A DNA stretch of 64,000 bases from the human T2T-CHM13v2.0 reference genome, Homo sapiens: assembly GCF_009914755.1 (NCBI RefSeq), contig NC_060934.1; one strand, written 5' to 3'. The position numbers and the translations under genes are program-made. Under the pieces are notes generated by a model, which had not been told where the DNA came from, ran no database searches, and saw nothing but the letters and a program-made list of their open reading frames with translations. Below are positions 1-12,899 of this stretch, one piece after another (positions within the stretch are counted from its first letter, which is position 1; each line of letters opens with the position of its first letter).

Positions 1-309
1 CTTTTTCTGAGTGCCTGGTCAGTGCCCAGGCATGGCAGCCACTAGAAGTGCTGGAGGGGCGTGTGGCAGCTCTGTGTTGCTGGTGTTCCACCTGGCAGCC
101 CATCACTGCTCCGACTTCACCTGCTGGTGGGTGGGCTCTCCCCATCCCCAGGGAACTAGGCTCCCTGGAGGCGGGGGCAGGGGGTAGCTTTTGGGCTCAG
201 ATCAATATTACAGGAGTGATAGGAGCTCCTGGAAAAAAAAGTAGCCTCAACCAGAAGCTTGACTGGTAGCCCCCAATCCTTGTTCAGGTTAGATCAGATA
301 TCCAATATT

Positions 310-560
310 TTAGCATCTGGAATAGGCAAATCTACAGAGACAGTAGATTTGTGGTTTCCAGGGGCTGAGGAGAGAGGAGGGAGAATGAGGAATGACTGCT
401 AATGGTCACTTCTTTTTGTGGAGCCATGGAAATCTTCTAAAATTGGACTGTAACCATGGCTGCATAACTTGGTAAATATACTAGCAATCACTGAATTATA
501 CACTTCAAACTGGCGAATTCTGTTGTATAGAAATTAATGTCAATATAGCTGTTAAAAAAG
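310..560 (+). mobile_element. Old L1M 3' end fragment
   Basis: Resembles L1M 3' UTR (ataggcaaatctacagagacagtagatttgtggtttccaggggctgagg ... caatatagctgttaaaaaa). Confidence 0.7.
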
Positions 561-657
561 ATGTCAAAAATTTTGGAGCTCCCATGGAAAAGGTTACAGG
601 TGTGGGGCCCTTCAAATGTGACCTACTGAAAAGAAAGCTATTGAGGTAGTTACTTAC

Positions 658-702
658 TTGGTGGTAAGGATGTAAGTCTTGTGGTTACTGTTTCAGTGAC
701 AA
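658..702 (-). CDS. COL17A1: Collagen XVII alpha-1 (BP180), coding exon 3 (45 nt)
   Basis: Minus strand ctag|TT GTC ACT GAA ACA GTA ACC ACA AGA CTT ACA TCC TTA CCA CCA A|gtaagt = (I)VTETVTTRLTSLPP; continues exon 2 in phase 1. Confidence 0.96.
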
Positions 703-1463
703 CTAGAAAAAGACAAAGAAAAGATGAGTTCTTATGTAATGCACTGACACCTCTGGATCTTGGCAAGGTCTAAGCTCTGTCACAGGCTAAGCATATTAAA
801 TTAGGTTCGACATTGATTTTTCTATCCTTGTGCTTTAAGGTGTGTGATCTGACCCACTGTGCAAAAAGATATGAGCAACAACAATGGGTTTCATATGCTT
901 GGAAAATAAGTTTATATCTCTTTGGAGCCAAAAGAAGTTATGCACTGCGTTTGAAACATGAGTTGTTTTGCTGTTGATGTCTCTCCTTGGACAATTAGAT
1001 CCAGTCCAGGCCTGGTCTGAGGTTGAAGGAGGACCAGGCCCTCTTGTCTCAAGTCACTCCGTTTCTCTGCATTTCTCCTTCCCCATGGTCTCTCAGTTCA
1101 GCTGAGACCAACACCCTAGCTGACTTCACTGTGTACTTCTTCATGAATTTGGAGGTGTTTAAGAACATTATGTTTCGTTCTAATGTCTTCAGGGCAAACC
1201 CTGAATGTGGGGAGTTGTGGGAAGGAAGGGTGCTCCTGGTAAGTCACATTTGGGGTTTGGCAAAATCAGTGATCCAGGCACATCACAGACAGACTTGAAG
1301 AACCAGTCCCTTGGCCTCTGAAATTTAGTTCCTGTAGGTCTGAGAGATGGTGAATCCATCACTCATGCTCTGACTGTGGCCCTCAGCACTACCTCCGTCT
1401 CTGGTGGGTATACAGAAGACCCTACCTATCTGGGGCTTTTGTTCTTTGATATCAGGTTTCCAG

Positions 1464-1545
1464 TGTGCTTGTATGCATGCATGCATGTGTGTATGTGTGC
1501 ATGTATGTGTGTGTGTGTGTGGCATGCATGGGCACATACGTGTGG
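1464..1545. repeat. (TG)n/(TGCA)n alternating purine-pyrimidine tract
   Basis: tgtatgcatgcatgcatgtgtgtatgtgtgcatgtatgtgtgtgtgtgtgt. Confidence 0.9.
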
Positions 1546-1761
1546 GGAAGGTGGTGAAAGGAGAAAAGAGTAAAGGAAGATGGTGCAGGATCATTTTGTG
1601 CTACTTTCAGCTGTGCCGCTGACACCTGCTCCATCCCACATGACTCTCATTCACACTGTCCTTCTTCATACTGCATTTTGCTAATTAGTTTGGTTGTCCT
1701 AGCAAGAAGATGCGGTTATGGACATGCCAGAAACAGTACTTAATGCATAAAAGGAAATGTT

Positions 1762-2182
<421 letters not shown>

Positions 2183-2738
2183 CTAACTAAAACTTTCAAG
2201 TCTATGGAGCCAGAATTTTTTTTTTATTGGAGATATATGAAAGTCACAGAATAAGTGAAAGAGTTTCCTGACTTAGAGTTGGTAGGAGGAGAGTTTAAAT
2301 GTTTCTGAATTTATTATTTGGGCAGTTCCACAAAATAAATTTATTTGTTTTCAATTTTCAGCGTAGAGGTCAACTATGATACAATAACTAGGATGTTATT
2401 CGTTTAGATTTCTGTTGCCCTGTACCCCTAAATTTGGAAATGATAAAATAAACTATGGTGAATTCATTTAGCAGAATGCTATCCCATCATTAAAAATGAG
2501 GGTTATAAATACTGTACATGGAAATGACAACCTTCATCATTCAAGAAAAAGCAGGATATCTTTTGACATAAAAATCAACAAGAGCTGTCTTATGAGAAGG
2601 ATTAAAGTCCATTTAGGAACACACTTAAACATGATACAGTGGTTGTGGTAGAATTATTAATGAATTACTTATTCTGTTTCCAAATTTTTATTACTTTCAT
2701 AATAAAACACATAAATTAAAAAATTCTGATGCTCTTAC

Positions 2739-2790
2739 TTCTCTCAGTGACTTCAGTTCCATCTCGTTTGTTTTTCTTGGTTACATCCAT
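2739..2790 (-). CDS. COL17A1: Collagen XVII alpha-1, first coding exon (exon 2; whole exon 2739-2801)
   Basis: ttcctgcag|GTGGCTATGGT ATG GAT GTA ACC AAG AAA AAC AAA CGA GAT GGA ACT GAA GTC ACT GAG AGA A|gtaaga = MDVTKKNKRDGTEVTER, the BP180 N-terminus. Confidence 0.97.
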
Positions 2791-5700
2791 ACCATAGCCA
2801 CCTGCAGGAAAAATCAGAAACCATGATAGTCATACTTATCATTGTTTTTAGTAATTATAGGTCCCCACTGTTGAAGCTGATAACCAAAAACATGATTTCA
2901 AGAATTTAAACCATAATTCTTTCACGTGAATATTTTTTATGAGTCATTCCCATTTCTTGTAACAGGTATAATAGAGGTTAATTTAATTGTTCCACTTTGG
3001 ATTCTATTTCTTTGTGCTGGGATCTTGTTTTTCAGTGTCTAGTTGATCAGCCTGCCCCCTGCTGAGCATCAAGAGGCTTACATAGCAGATCAGGTGTCCT
3101 GACCTTTGTTTGACTATAAAACCTCCATTCTTTTCCATGGTAATAAATAGCTGAAGGGGATCTGTCAAGGTACTTAGTGCTATCAACTAATTCATTTTAA
3201 TGTCTCCCATAATGTTCAATGTTCTTTATGGAACTCTATGCATATGAGACATTCATGCTTCATTATTTAAGAGTCTGGAGGTAAGAATGGCACTTGATGG
3301 ATTTAAATCAGGATAAAAATAATTATATTTGTCGTACTTGTATGGAACTTTACTCTTCTCAAAGTATGAAACATTCACTATAATCGGCTCTCATGTGCTT
3401 ATCTGCAGACATAAGTATGAAAAACAGTTCAAGAAAGCCTGTAAAATCTATAGAAGCATGTAGGAAAATACATATTTGTATTTTTTATATTCTCCCTTCA
3501 TTCTTACTCTGCTTCTGAAAAAGAAAACCAGTGCAATCTTGTCCACTGTGTCCCTCAGCATGGATGGTATGAGGCAGGGCTGTTGCCAAACGGTGGTGGG
3601 GATGAAAGCTCAAGTCTTAAACACACAGGAATGCACAGCAAGGGTCCCGTCCCAACTGGGCTCTTCTCTTCTTGCTGTGCTGCCTGGCCCCAGGTTCTGA
3701 AAGGACCTGAAATCTGACTTACCCTGTGGTTCTCTCCCTTCCTCTAACTTTCTCTTCCTTCTAGTTTATTTTTTGGTTGTAGTTGGAACTGGGTTCTAGA
3801 ATGCTGAGGCACACTGCTTTTGCCAGGTGCCCCTTGCTTGAAGAGCTCTCCTTCCAGTCTCTGCCTAGTGCCTTCAGGCTCGACTTACCCAGTAGGCAAA
3901 GTGGGCACAGTGCCTAGGCCCACAGCACATTTTGGGGCTCACAAAATGTTTACTTTTAACATCAGAAGGAAAAATAATCAGAATCTAATCAGGATTATGT
4001 CCTTCTTTATACCAGTGCAGTTGTAAAATAGAATTTTAAAAAGTTTTTTGATGGAGGAAGGGGCCTACAAAGGCAAAAGTGTCTAGGGACCGTGAAAGTC
4101 ATACTGTGGCTCTGGGTGACTTCCCTGATGGAAACCAAGACCAAATGAGACCAGCTGATCAACGATCTGGTGGAGTAACCAAGATTCGTACACTTAGCTT
4201 CAGGCCCTAGTAAATGTGCCAACTTCTTGCTCGTTGGTGTTTTTCAAACACAGCTCGAGGCAAGGAATGAGGCACAATGGAAAAAATCCTAGCTGGATCT
4301 GAGAAGCCAAAGAATGTCTTTATAGGTATGTTTCCTGGAGCCCAGAGGAGGGGCTTCATACACAGTTTAACAAAGGAGTCTAGCCTCATTACAAGGACAA
4401 ATCTGACCAGTGAATCTGTCTGCATTCCAGCTATAACCTATATGACTTATGTCATGCAAACCTACGTGCAACTGGACACCTTTGCAATCCTTTGTTTAAG
4501 CATCAGTTTGATACCTCTGAAAGCCTTCTCTGACTTTCTTTTAAAAAAATAGGTAATAAGCTGTGGATCAGGAGGCATTTGGGGAGATTAAACCTTTAAA
4601 TGCGCCTGGCAGTCAGTGGGGAGGTGACTAGCTTTCTAGGATGGTACCTGAACTGATATGAAATATTATCCTGAAATGAACTGTTTATAACAATCCACGG
4701 AAACTTTTACTTCCTACAAGTTATTGCTTACTTTGATCTTTCAGTGAAAGTTGCTGCTGACAGCTATACATTTGGGATTGGCCGGAAGGGTTCGACTTGC
4801 AGCCATTTAGGCAGATGGATCATGACTCTGTTTGCTAAGAATACAGTCTCCAGGCAGCAAACCTGGAAAGTTTTGCTTGTTCTTTCTTTATCCAAAACAT
4901 AGCAGGCATTTCTAGGCCCTCCATCTTTTCCCTGAATCCCAATGACAAAGCCTTGACTTCTGCAGTAAAATGCTAAGGATTCCCCAACTTCCAGAGGGCA
5001 CGAAGTGATGACCTACTTAGAAATCAGATGCCCTCCTTCAGGGCCTGGGAGCTCCTCATTGGAAGGTACTTTGTGGATATAACCTGCTCTAGGCAGGTAC
5101 AGGTAGATGCCTCTCTCTCAATCTGAAGCCACCCCAATATCTGTGTGTTCCACAGCCAATCTGAGGTGCCAGGTACGTGTTGGGAGACTGATTCCTTTAA
5201 ACGAAATATAAGAGGAAACTTTCTATAAGTGAGTTATATTAAATGGAGAGTGATGGCGTGGGGCACAAGCCTGGACTAGGATCTTCCCATGGGACCTACA
5301 GTATATTCCCAGGACTTCTTTTTTACACATTTTAAGTGCTGATAGTTTTTAAAAGTGTAACGTTAGGAAAAGGAACGTTTCCTGCCCAGGTACATGCCTG
5401 AGCCTGCCTATCCTAGCAGGATTCACCAGTGTGTTCGTCTTCCAAAAGTCCTACTTAATGGAAGCACTGTCAAATAACATAATTTTTAACTTCTCAGATA
5501 TTTGGGCCACTTCACTAGAACTAAGGATGAGCAGATCATTCAAGCTCTCAATTCCAAAATTATACTAATTTCCATCCATAGTTCTAAAGGGTTGCTTTGT
5601 GGCTATTTTATAGCTAATGTTTTTGTGAAGGTGTAAAAATGATCCCATGTCACTTTTCTAGGCAAGAAGACACAATTTTAAATCATTTTTCTACTTTTAT

Positions 5701-6325
5701 GAGTTTTTTCCTTTCCCCTTTATTTAAATGATGTCACGTCTACCTAAAACTATTCAGCCGATGCTGTCTAACATACACACACACACAAGGACAAACCACT
5801 GTTAGTGACAGTGAACCATCACGTTAACTGTTTACCATCACATTTGGGTTTAAACCATCACATTATCTTATTCTAATGACACATGAAACACTTTGTTCTT
5901 GATACAACAAAGAGAATGAAGAAGCTAAGTATTTTTCTCTTTATTTTTTGTTTTAGGAACAAATGTTCCTATACTCTGCTAATGAATTGCAAGTATTTTT
6001 ATAGCTTCTATTACTCCATTCTCTATACACTTTAAATTTTAAAACAAAACAACAACAAAATTGCCAAAGTATTAGAAAACCATCCACTGGCTATTGACCT
6101 GATAACACAGAAGGGCCCAGCAGTTTGATGCCAGGAAAGCCAATGCCCTGGAATTGAATATCTTGGAGGCTTTGTCTCTGTAACACCCCAGAGATGGGTT
6201 TGCTGCTTGCTACATTTGGTATCCTGGATTTTCATGACTGGGAGCAGGTGAGATAGGGCACCAGCTTTGTGATTATGCTGGTTTGTTTACAGTTGTGTCC
6301 TGCCACTGTTAATAATGGCAAATGA

Positions 6326-6724
<399 letters not shown>

Positions 6725-7839
6725 GTAAGTTTCTATGCAAGCTTGAAGCAGAGCTGTTCACTTTAATTGTTCCTGTGTAAACTCTGATCAGACTCATGTG
6801 GGTGTTTTGCAGGGCCTAAGAGTAAAGCAGGACACCTCTGAATCTCTGGAGTGAGTCTGTGTGGGGATAGACATCTGTCTTAGGTTAGTTCTGACAGATC
6901 TGTGCCTTAGCTCTAAGAGAGAACATATGGAGGTAAGAAGAAACTATTCTGCTTTTCAAATAAATACCTTTTAAAAATCTTGCTACGTTTTACAAGTCCA
7001 CTATTAGACTACTGATTAACTACTTCTCAAAAGAAGGAATGTGCCAGAGGTTTTGCCTCCACTTCAAAAAGTAAAGTGATAATTTGTCAGTTACCAGTTA
7101 ACGTCATCCACTTAGGTATCTAAACTGGTAATTCTCATCTCAAAGTGAATTTTTTTGGCAGGAGGAAACCCAAGTTGACTCGTAAGAGTATATATACGGG
7201 AAACAATTTTCTTCCTTTTTTTATTCCTCTAAGTTTGATCCTGCAAAATTTCTGAATTAATCAGATCATTTCAAAGATCCTACTTTTCTTTAGATTAGAG
7301 GTAATTTTACAGCATGGTAAACAGCAATGTTTACCATGTATGGCTTAATCAGAGAGGCCCAGTCAGCACAGGGACTGTTTCTAGAAGGCCCCCTTACCTA
7401 TACTTTAACTTCACCCCTGAGTTGTTCTCTTCGTCCAGTGGAGAGAGAGACAGAGGGAAGAGGAGAGCAAGATAGCGAGAGAGGAAACTGAGATTGGGAG
7501 AGAAGGAATTATAAGCCCGTATCATATTCTAAATAAAACAACACAAGTCATTTTACAATGCTGAAAACAATGCAGAAAGGTCTTGTCTCTAAAGCCCGCT
7601 ATATTTTAACCAGCCTTCAGCCTTCTCCTTTTCCCCACTTATTTCCTTTGAAAGACCTACCCTAAGCAGAATGCATACACCAAAGTCATCTTTTATAACC
7701 AATTGATCACTTTAACCAGAATGCTAGAAACTACAGAACTTCATCTTCTTTTCTCCAATAAACATTTAATTTCTAAATGGCAAACCTTAAATCAAAGTCT
7801 CAGAGAAAAGGAGAAAGGTCAGTCTTCCTGTTTACTTAC

Positions 7840-7997
7840 CTGGTTTGAGGTTTTGAAGGAATTGGAAACAACTTTGAATAAATCCCCCTCTCTCTTTCTT
7901 CTCCTGATGTTTTCTTCTAGAAATTTGCAGTGCTCACTTTTTTTTTATCCAGACCCAGCCAAGGTGTGTTAAAGCTGAGTGATCTTTCAAAAATGTT
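7840..7997 (-). other. COL17A1: COL17A1 non-coding exon 1 (5' end approximate)
   Basis: Strong donor AAACCAG|gtaagt at 7840/7839; the sequence matches my recollection of the COL17A1 mRNA leader. The TSS cannot be fixed from sequence alone. Confidence 0.8.
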
Positions 7998-8600
7998 CAC
8001 TTTTCTTTCTCTCCACCTTGTTTCTTTCAACTCTTTGCTTCCAAACATGTCCTGACAAAGGTGTGTCATGGTTTACAGCGTTACTCCACCCTTCCAATTA
8101 TCTGACACTTGCTGGATTTAAAAAAAAAAATCTGCCTCCAGGAATCAAACTTTACTGGAGGCAGAAAGCTTCTCCTTCCAGCTTAGGTAGATTAACTATT
8201 TATAAGGCCCATGGGGAAAAGGAAACAAAGGACCAGCATAAAGGAAATGCTTTTTTATTGCCTACCTTCTACAGCTGGAGAACTGCCACAACTTTGTGGC
8301 AGTACCCTTCCTCAGTGCCATGGGTACTGGAATCCCACTGCATGATTCATGAGTCTAGGCACGTGGATGGGCTCATGGATGAGCACGGTCTAGGCACGTG
8401 GATGGCCTGTGGTCATACTGCCTGAGCCCTAGAGAAACTGAAGTTGGCAGGATTTATATTCAAGATCTGTTTCCCCTATAGATGTCTTCGTCCTCTGTTC
8501 CTGTGTCCTGTGTCCTTTGTCTTGTTTCCCCTATAGATGTCTTTGTCCTCTTTCCCCTCTTGTGACTCAAGCCAGGTCAAGCCCATCTGGAGAAAATAGT
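7998..8600 (-). promoter_or_regulatory. COL17A1 proximal promoter (non-CpG)
   Basis: Directly upstream of exon 1; perfect p53/p63 half-site AAACATGTCC (8043-8052), two CACGTG E-boxes (8360, 8395), AP-1 TGACTCA (8563-8569). Confidence 0.65.
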
Positions 8601-9604
8601 TGGTGAACTAATTCATAATATGCTAATGACTGAATGTACTGAGCAATTGGTGGGGTAGGGGTTCGTTTTACAAAAGAGGCAACCAGATATAGTGATGCTG
8701 ACCTAAAAGAGTGACATGTTAGTGATGGAATTTTAGGCATTTAGCCACCTAATAATGGAGAGAGGTGCTGTTGGGAAGGGATAAGGACCTTCTTGTCCTT
8801 CAAATCAGGTGACCGCATAGTCTCCATACACCTAAAGACATGTGTGGGCTCCCAGATGTCCTGCAACTCCAAGTACATCCTGGGGACCTTTAGATTTCCC
8901 TAGAGGGTCAACTTGCATCAATCAGGATAATTCTTATGAATACCTGGATAGCATCTGGCTTCCCAGGGGGCCTAAAGACTAGCTTGAGACACTTGGTGTT
9001 GGTAAAATGGGAAGTCTGAACCTGGAACTCACTCAGGCAGTCCTTTGAGGCCATAGCACATTCCTGGGACCCAGCATCACACTGGGATTCCCAGTTCTGA
9101 GGCATTATCCTAAGATACTGGAGGGGAGCAGTGGGGCCCTTACAGCATAGCACCGATGTGCAACTGCACCTTGCTATTGTGGGCACTGCATCCCATGGAA
9201 GGGTAGCAGACCACAACAACAGCTGTGGGGCTCTTGCTCCTAAGCTGCCCATATTCCACACTGGAGTCGTGCATTTCAGAACCCTTTCAATTATGCAGAA
9301 TTTGACACTTGCTTTGTAGGATGTTCTTGCCTTCCCCAAATAAATACTCAATATGTCTTCCGTCAGTTTCATAGTAGAAGAACACTGAAGAACCCAGAAC
9401 ACACAGAGCTTTCAGCATAAAATAGACATGCCCCTGCATCATTTATTTCTTTATTCATGAATTCAAGAATTAAACAAAAATATATTGGCTCCTGCTTGGA
9501 GCCAGACATTAAACTATGTGCTAAGAGTTTGGTGGTGAAATATGAACATAGTCCCTCTGCTTATGGAGTTCACAGTCTAATGGAGGAAGACAGGCCTTAC
9601 ATAA

Positions 9605-10016
9605 TGTATTAGTCGGTGAGGGTTCCCATAACAAAATACGACGGACTGGGTGGCTTAAACAACACAAATTTATTTTTTCACAGTTCTGTGGGCCAGAAGT
9701 TCAAGATCAATGTGTCAGGAGGTTTGATTTCTCCTGAGACCCCCCTCTCCTTGGCTTGCAGATGGCCGCCTTCTTGCAGTATCCTCACATGGCCTTTCTC
9801 TGTGCATGCACATCCCTGATGTCTCTCTCTGTGTGTCCTCATCTCCTCTTCTTAAAGGACACAGTCAGATTGAATTAGAGTCCACCCTGATGGGCTCCTT
9901 TTTTACTTAAATTTAACTACTTCTTTAAAGACCCTATCTTCAAATAAATTCACTGAGGTACTAATGGCTAGGGCTTCACATATGAATTTTGGAGGGACAT
10001 TATTCAGCCTATAACA
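9605..10016 (-). mobile_element. MLT1-family (MaLR) solo LTR
   Basis: TG...CA ends; characteristic ataacaaaatacgacggactgggtggcttaaacaacacaaatttatt ... attcagcctataaca. Confidence 0.85.
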
Positions 10017-10109
10017 GTTACGTACAATATATAATTGCAGATTATATATATATATATATTATAAGAGCAACTGCAAGAATATGATAACTATTATAAAGAA
10101 AGCATACTG

Positions 10110-10330
10110 ACTTGAGGCCAGGAGTTCAAGACAAGCCTGGGCAGCATAGCAAGACCTTGTCTCTACTAAAAAAAAAAAAATAGCTGAGTATGATGGCATG
10201 TACCTGCAGTCCCAGTTACTCGGGTGGTTGAGAAAGGAGGATTGCATGAGCCTAGCAGTTCAAGGTTACAGTGAGCTATAATGGCGCCAGTGCACTCTAG
10301 CCTGGGTGACAGAGCAAGATCAGAAAGAAA
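10110..10330 (+). mobile_element. 5'-truncated AluJ
   Basis: cttgaggccaggagttcaagac...agcctgggtgacagagcaaga. Confidence 0.85.
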
Positions 10331-10759
10331 GAGTACTGGCTACTGTGAGAGCGTAAGAAGAGACATAATCTTGGAGAGGGGTGTTAGGAAAAGTCCTGCT
10401 ATATAAGTGATACATGAAGGTTGAAAAGAGATCACACAGGTGAAGGGCAGGGTGGAGAGTGTTCTACTATCTAGATGGGGCAAGAGTCTCTGAGAAGGCT
10501 CTCAGGTGGAAGCTGCACGGTGAGTTGGGGGAAGAGTGATGAGGCCAATTTGCTCAAAAGCATCAAGTGAAGGGAGGCAGGCAGCGGGCGAGAGGCTGGC
10601 AAGGGAGGCAGGACTAGATCACACAGGGCCTCACAGGCTGTGGAGGGACATGTTTTGGGTTATGTGGCAAATGTTAAGTTGACATTAAGGAGCAACTCCC
10701 TACAGGCACTGTGTGGGTGTTCGGATTATTGATCCCAGGAAAGAAGAACGACTGCAACT

Positions 10760-10980
10760 AATGCTTTCTAGAACTACTGTAAGCCAGATTTTTTACATCC
10801 ATTCTCTAACACAATCCCGACAACGACTCCGAGAGGTGTGTACCATTATTACCTTCATTTTATACCTGAGAAAAGTAAAGTTTGAGAGGCTGAGTAACAG
10901 GCCAAGGGTCTTCCATCTCATAAGTGGCAGAGTCTAATAGATTCCACTTGACTCTTGGACCTTCATTTCCCACTGCCTTG
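10760..10980. mobile_element. MIR
   Basis: MIR core: attattaccttcattttatacctgagaaaagtaaagtttgagaggctgagtaac. Confidence 0.65.
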
Positions 10981-11206
10981 TGTATTATTAAAATTTAAGT
11001 CTGCCCATAGCTTTCAACTGAAAGAAAATAGGCAATATTAGAACAGATCAGGCTGAGGGCAAATTACAACTAAAAAAAACCCCAAACCATCTGAACAGTG
11101 GGGATGTTTTCAGTTAACAGCAGTATGGTATTGGAATAACTTATTGATAGTTTTAGATAGAAATCTATTTATAGAACTCAGCAACCACAGACCAATCAAT
11201 TTTTCA

Positions 11207-11387
<181 letters not shown>

Positions 11388-12899
11388 GCTAACATGCTAA
11401 GCAACCATCAGAATCAGCATGGATGGTATTTTCCTACCCTTGGGTTCCTATAAAAATATTGGTATTCTCCAGGTACAATAGAACAGTCAGATCTATAACA
11501 GATAACCCCCAAAGTTAATTAGTCAAGGATGCTCTAAGCTAACTCAACAGCTAATAAGACTGCATGTCTGTGTGTGCATGTGCAGGTTCTCACATATTCA
11601 GATGTGCATGTGTGAGTAGTGTTTACAGAGTCCTATATTAGGTATTTTGGGGGAGAAGAAAAAAGAATTCAAGTACTCACATTCTAGTTATTCAATGTTC
11701 TTAGATTATTGTACTTGGCAAATCTGTGAGTAAGACATGGTACATACAGTGAAAGAAACTTCATTTAACATTTATGTATCAAGTTCCTACCATATGCCTG
11801 GTAGTAAGGGAGCTGTCTTTTAAATGTTTTTAAATTAGCCAGAAAACAACAAAATTCTTGCCAAAATGAAGAAGCAAAGAGTCAGCTTTAGGAAATAGAA
11901 GTGACTAAGACACTGGAAAGGTGTTTTTTGCTCTCTGACTGCATTTGGAGCTGTGTTAATGAGTCACATTAATCCATTTTTGATGGACTAGAAAGTCCCT
12001 TAAAAGGCAACCTGGAAAAATAGTTATACTTCCAAAATTATCTACTGACTTTTAAATAGGCTGGGGAGAAAGAGTGTCTTTTCACGTGTGGCCCAGATTG
12101 GCACCAAGTGACCAGACGCATCACTCTCTGAGCAGCGTGAGTACAGGCGGACTCTGCTTTATGTGACTGATGTGTTTCTGAAAAGGGATTTGTTTTTGGT
12201 GACCAGAGTGAGTGCTTTTGCCAAGTGACTGTTCACTACCTTATGAATCTTTGTAGATGCATATTTTCTTTATGTGTTTGGTTTAAAGGGGTGTACCCAA
12301 TAGGTGGATTTCTACCTATTCTATGACTCTTTTCTCATAAAAACAGTATCACATGATAGTGCCATGATGTGCTTATGATACTTTCACGAGGTATCTTATA
12401 GCTTTGGGACACATTTTGCCCTCCATTCTCAAGAGACAATAAGAAATAAAGTTCTCTGAAAAGGAGGTGAGGGAAAATAATTTTAAATTTACTGAGGTAA
12501 TTCCAGTATCTACAATTGTTGATTCAGCTCTTTTGTTGGACAGTAAATCCACTGATTTTTTTTTAAAAAAACCAATTCTCACATATTAAATAAAAATAAT
12601 ACAACAATTATTTGTTAGTTGCCTACTACTGTTCTAAGACTGGAAGACCATCTTCCGGCTTGGCTTCTTTGCTTAGCATGTGCTACTAGATAAGACTTCT
12701 CTATACACAATTATGACAACATCATATGTCATGGTGTGTGGAATTGTTTGGCTTTTGGAAGGACATAGCTAAGTAGTACGAACTCCTGCCCTTCCCATGT
12801 GGGCTTCTTGAATTATCGCCAGTTGTGTTCCTTGCTGCCTTGATTATAATAACAAAGCACCCTGGTTTCCTTTTCTTCCATTCCCAACTTCAGATCTAT

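Larger units (their letters stand above)
9440..10650 (-). mobile_element. L2 fragment interrupted by an MLT1 LTR and an AluJ
   Basis: L2 3'-end-like attcatgaattcaa...; ccctctgcttatggagttcacagtctaatgg; gatcacacagggcctcacaggctgtgg. Confidence 0.6.

Noticed and set aside
7979-9402. 148-aa and 164-aa ORFs over the COL17A1 promoter
   Set aside because: Both start at GTG and show no protein-like features or splice support.
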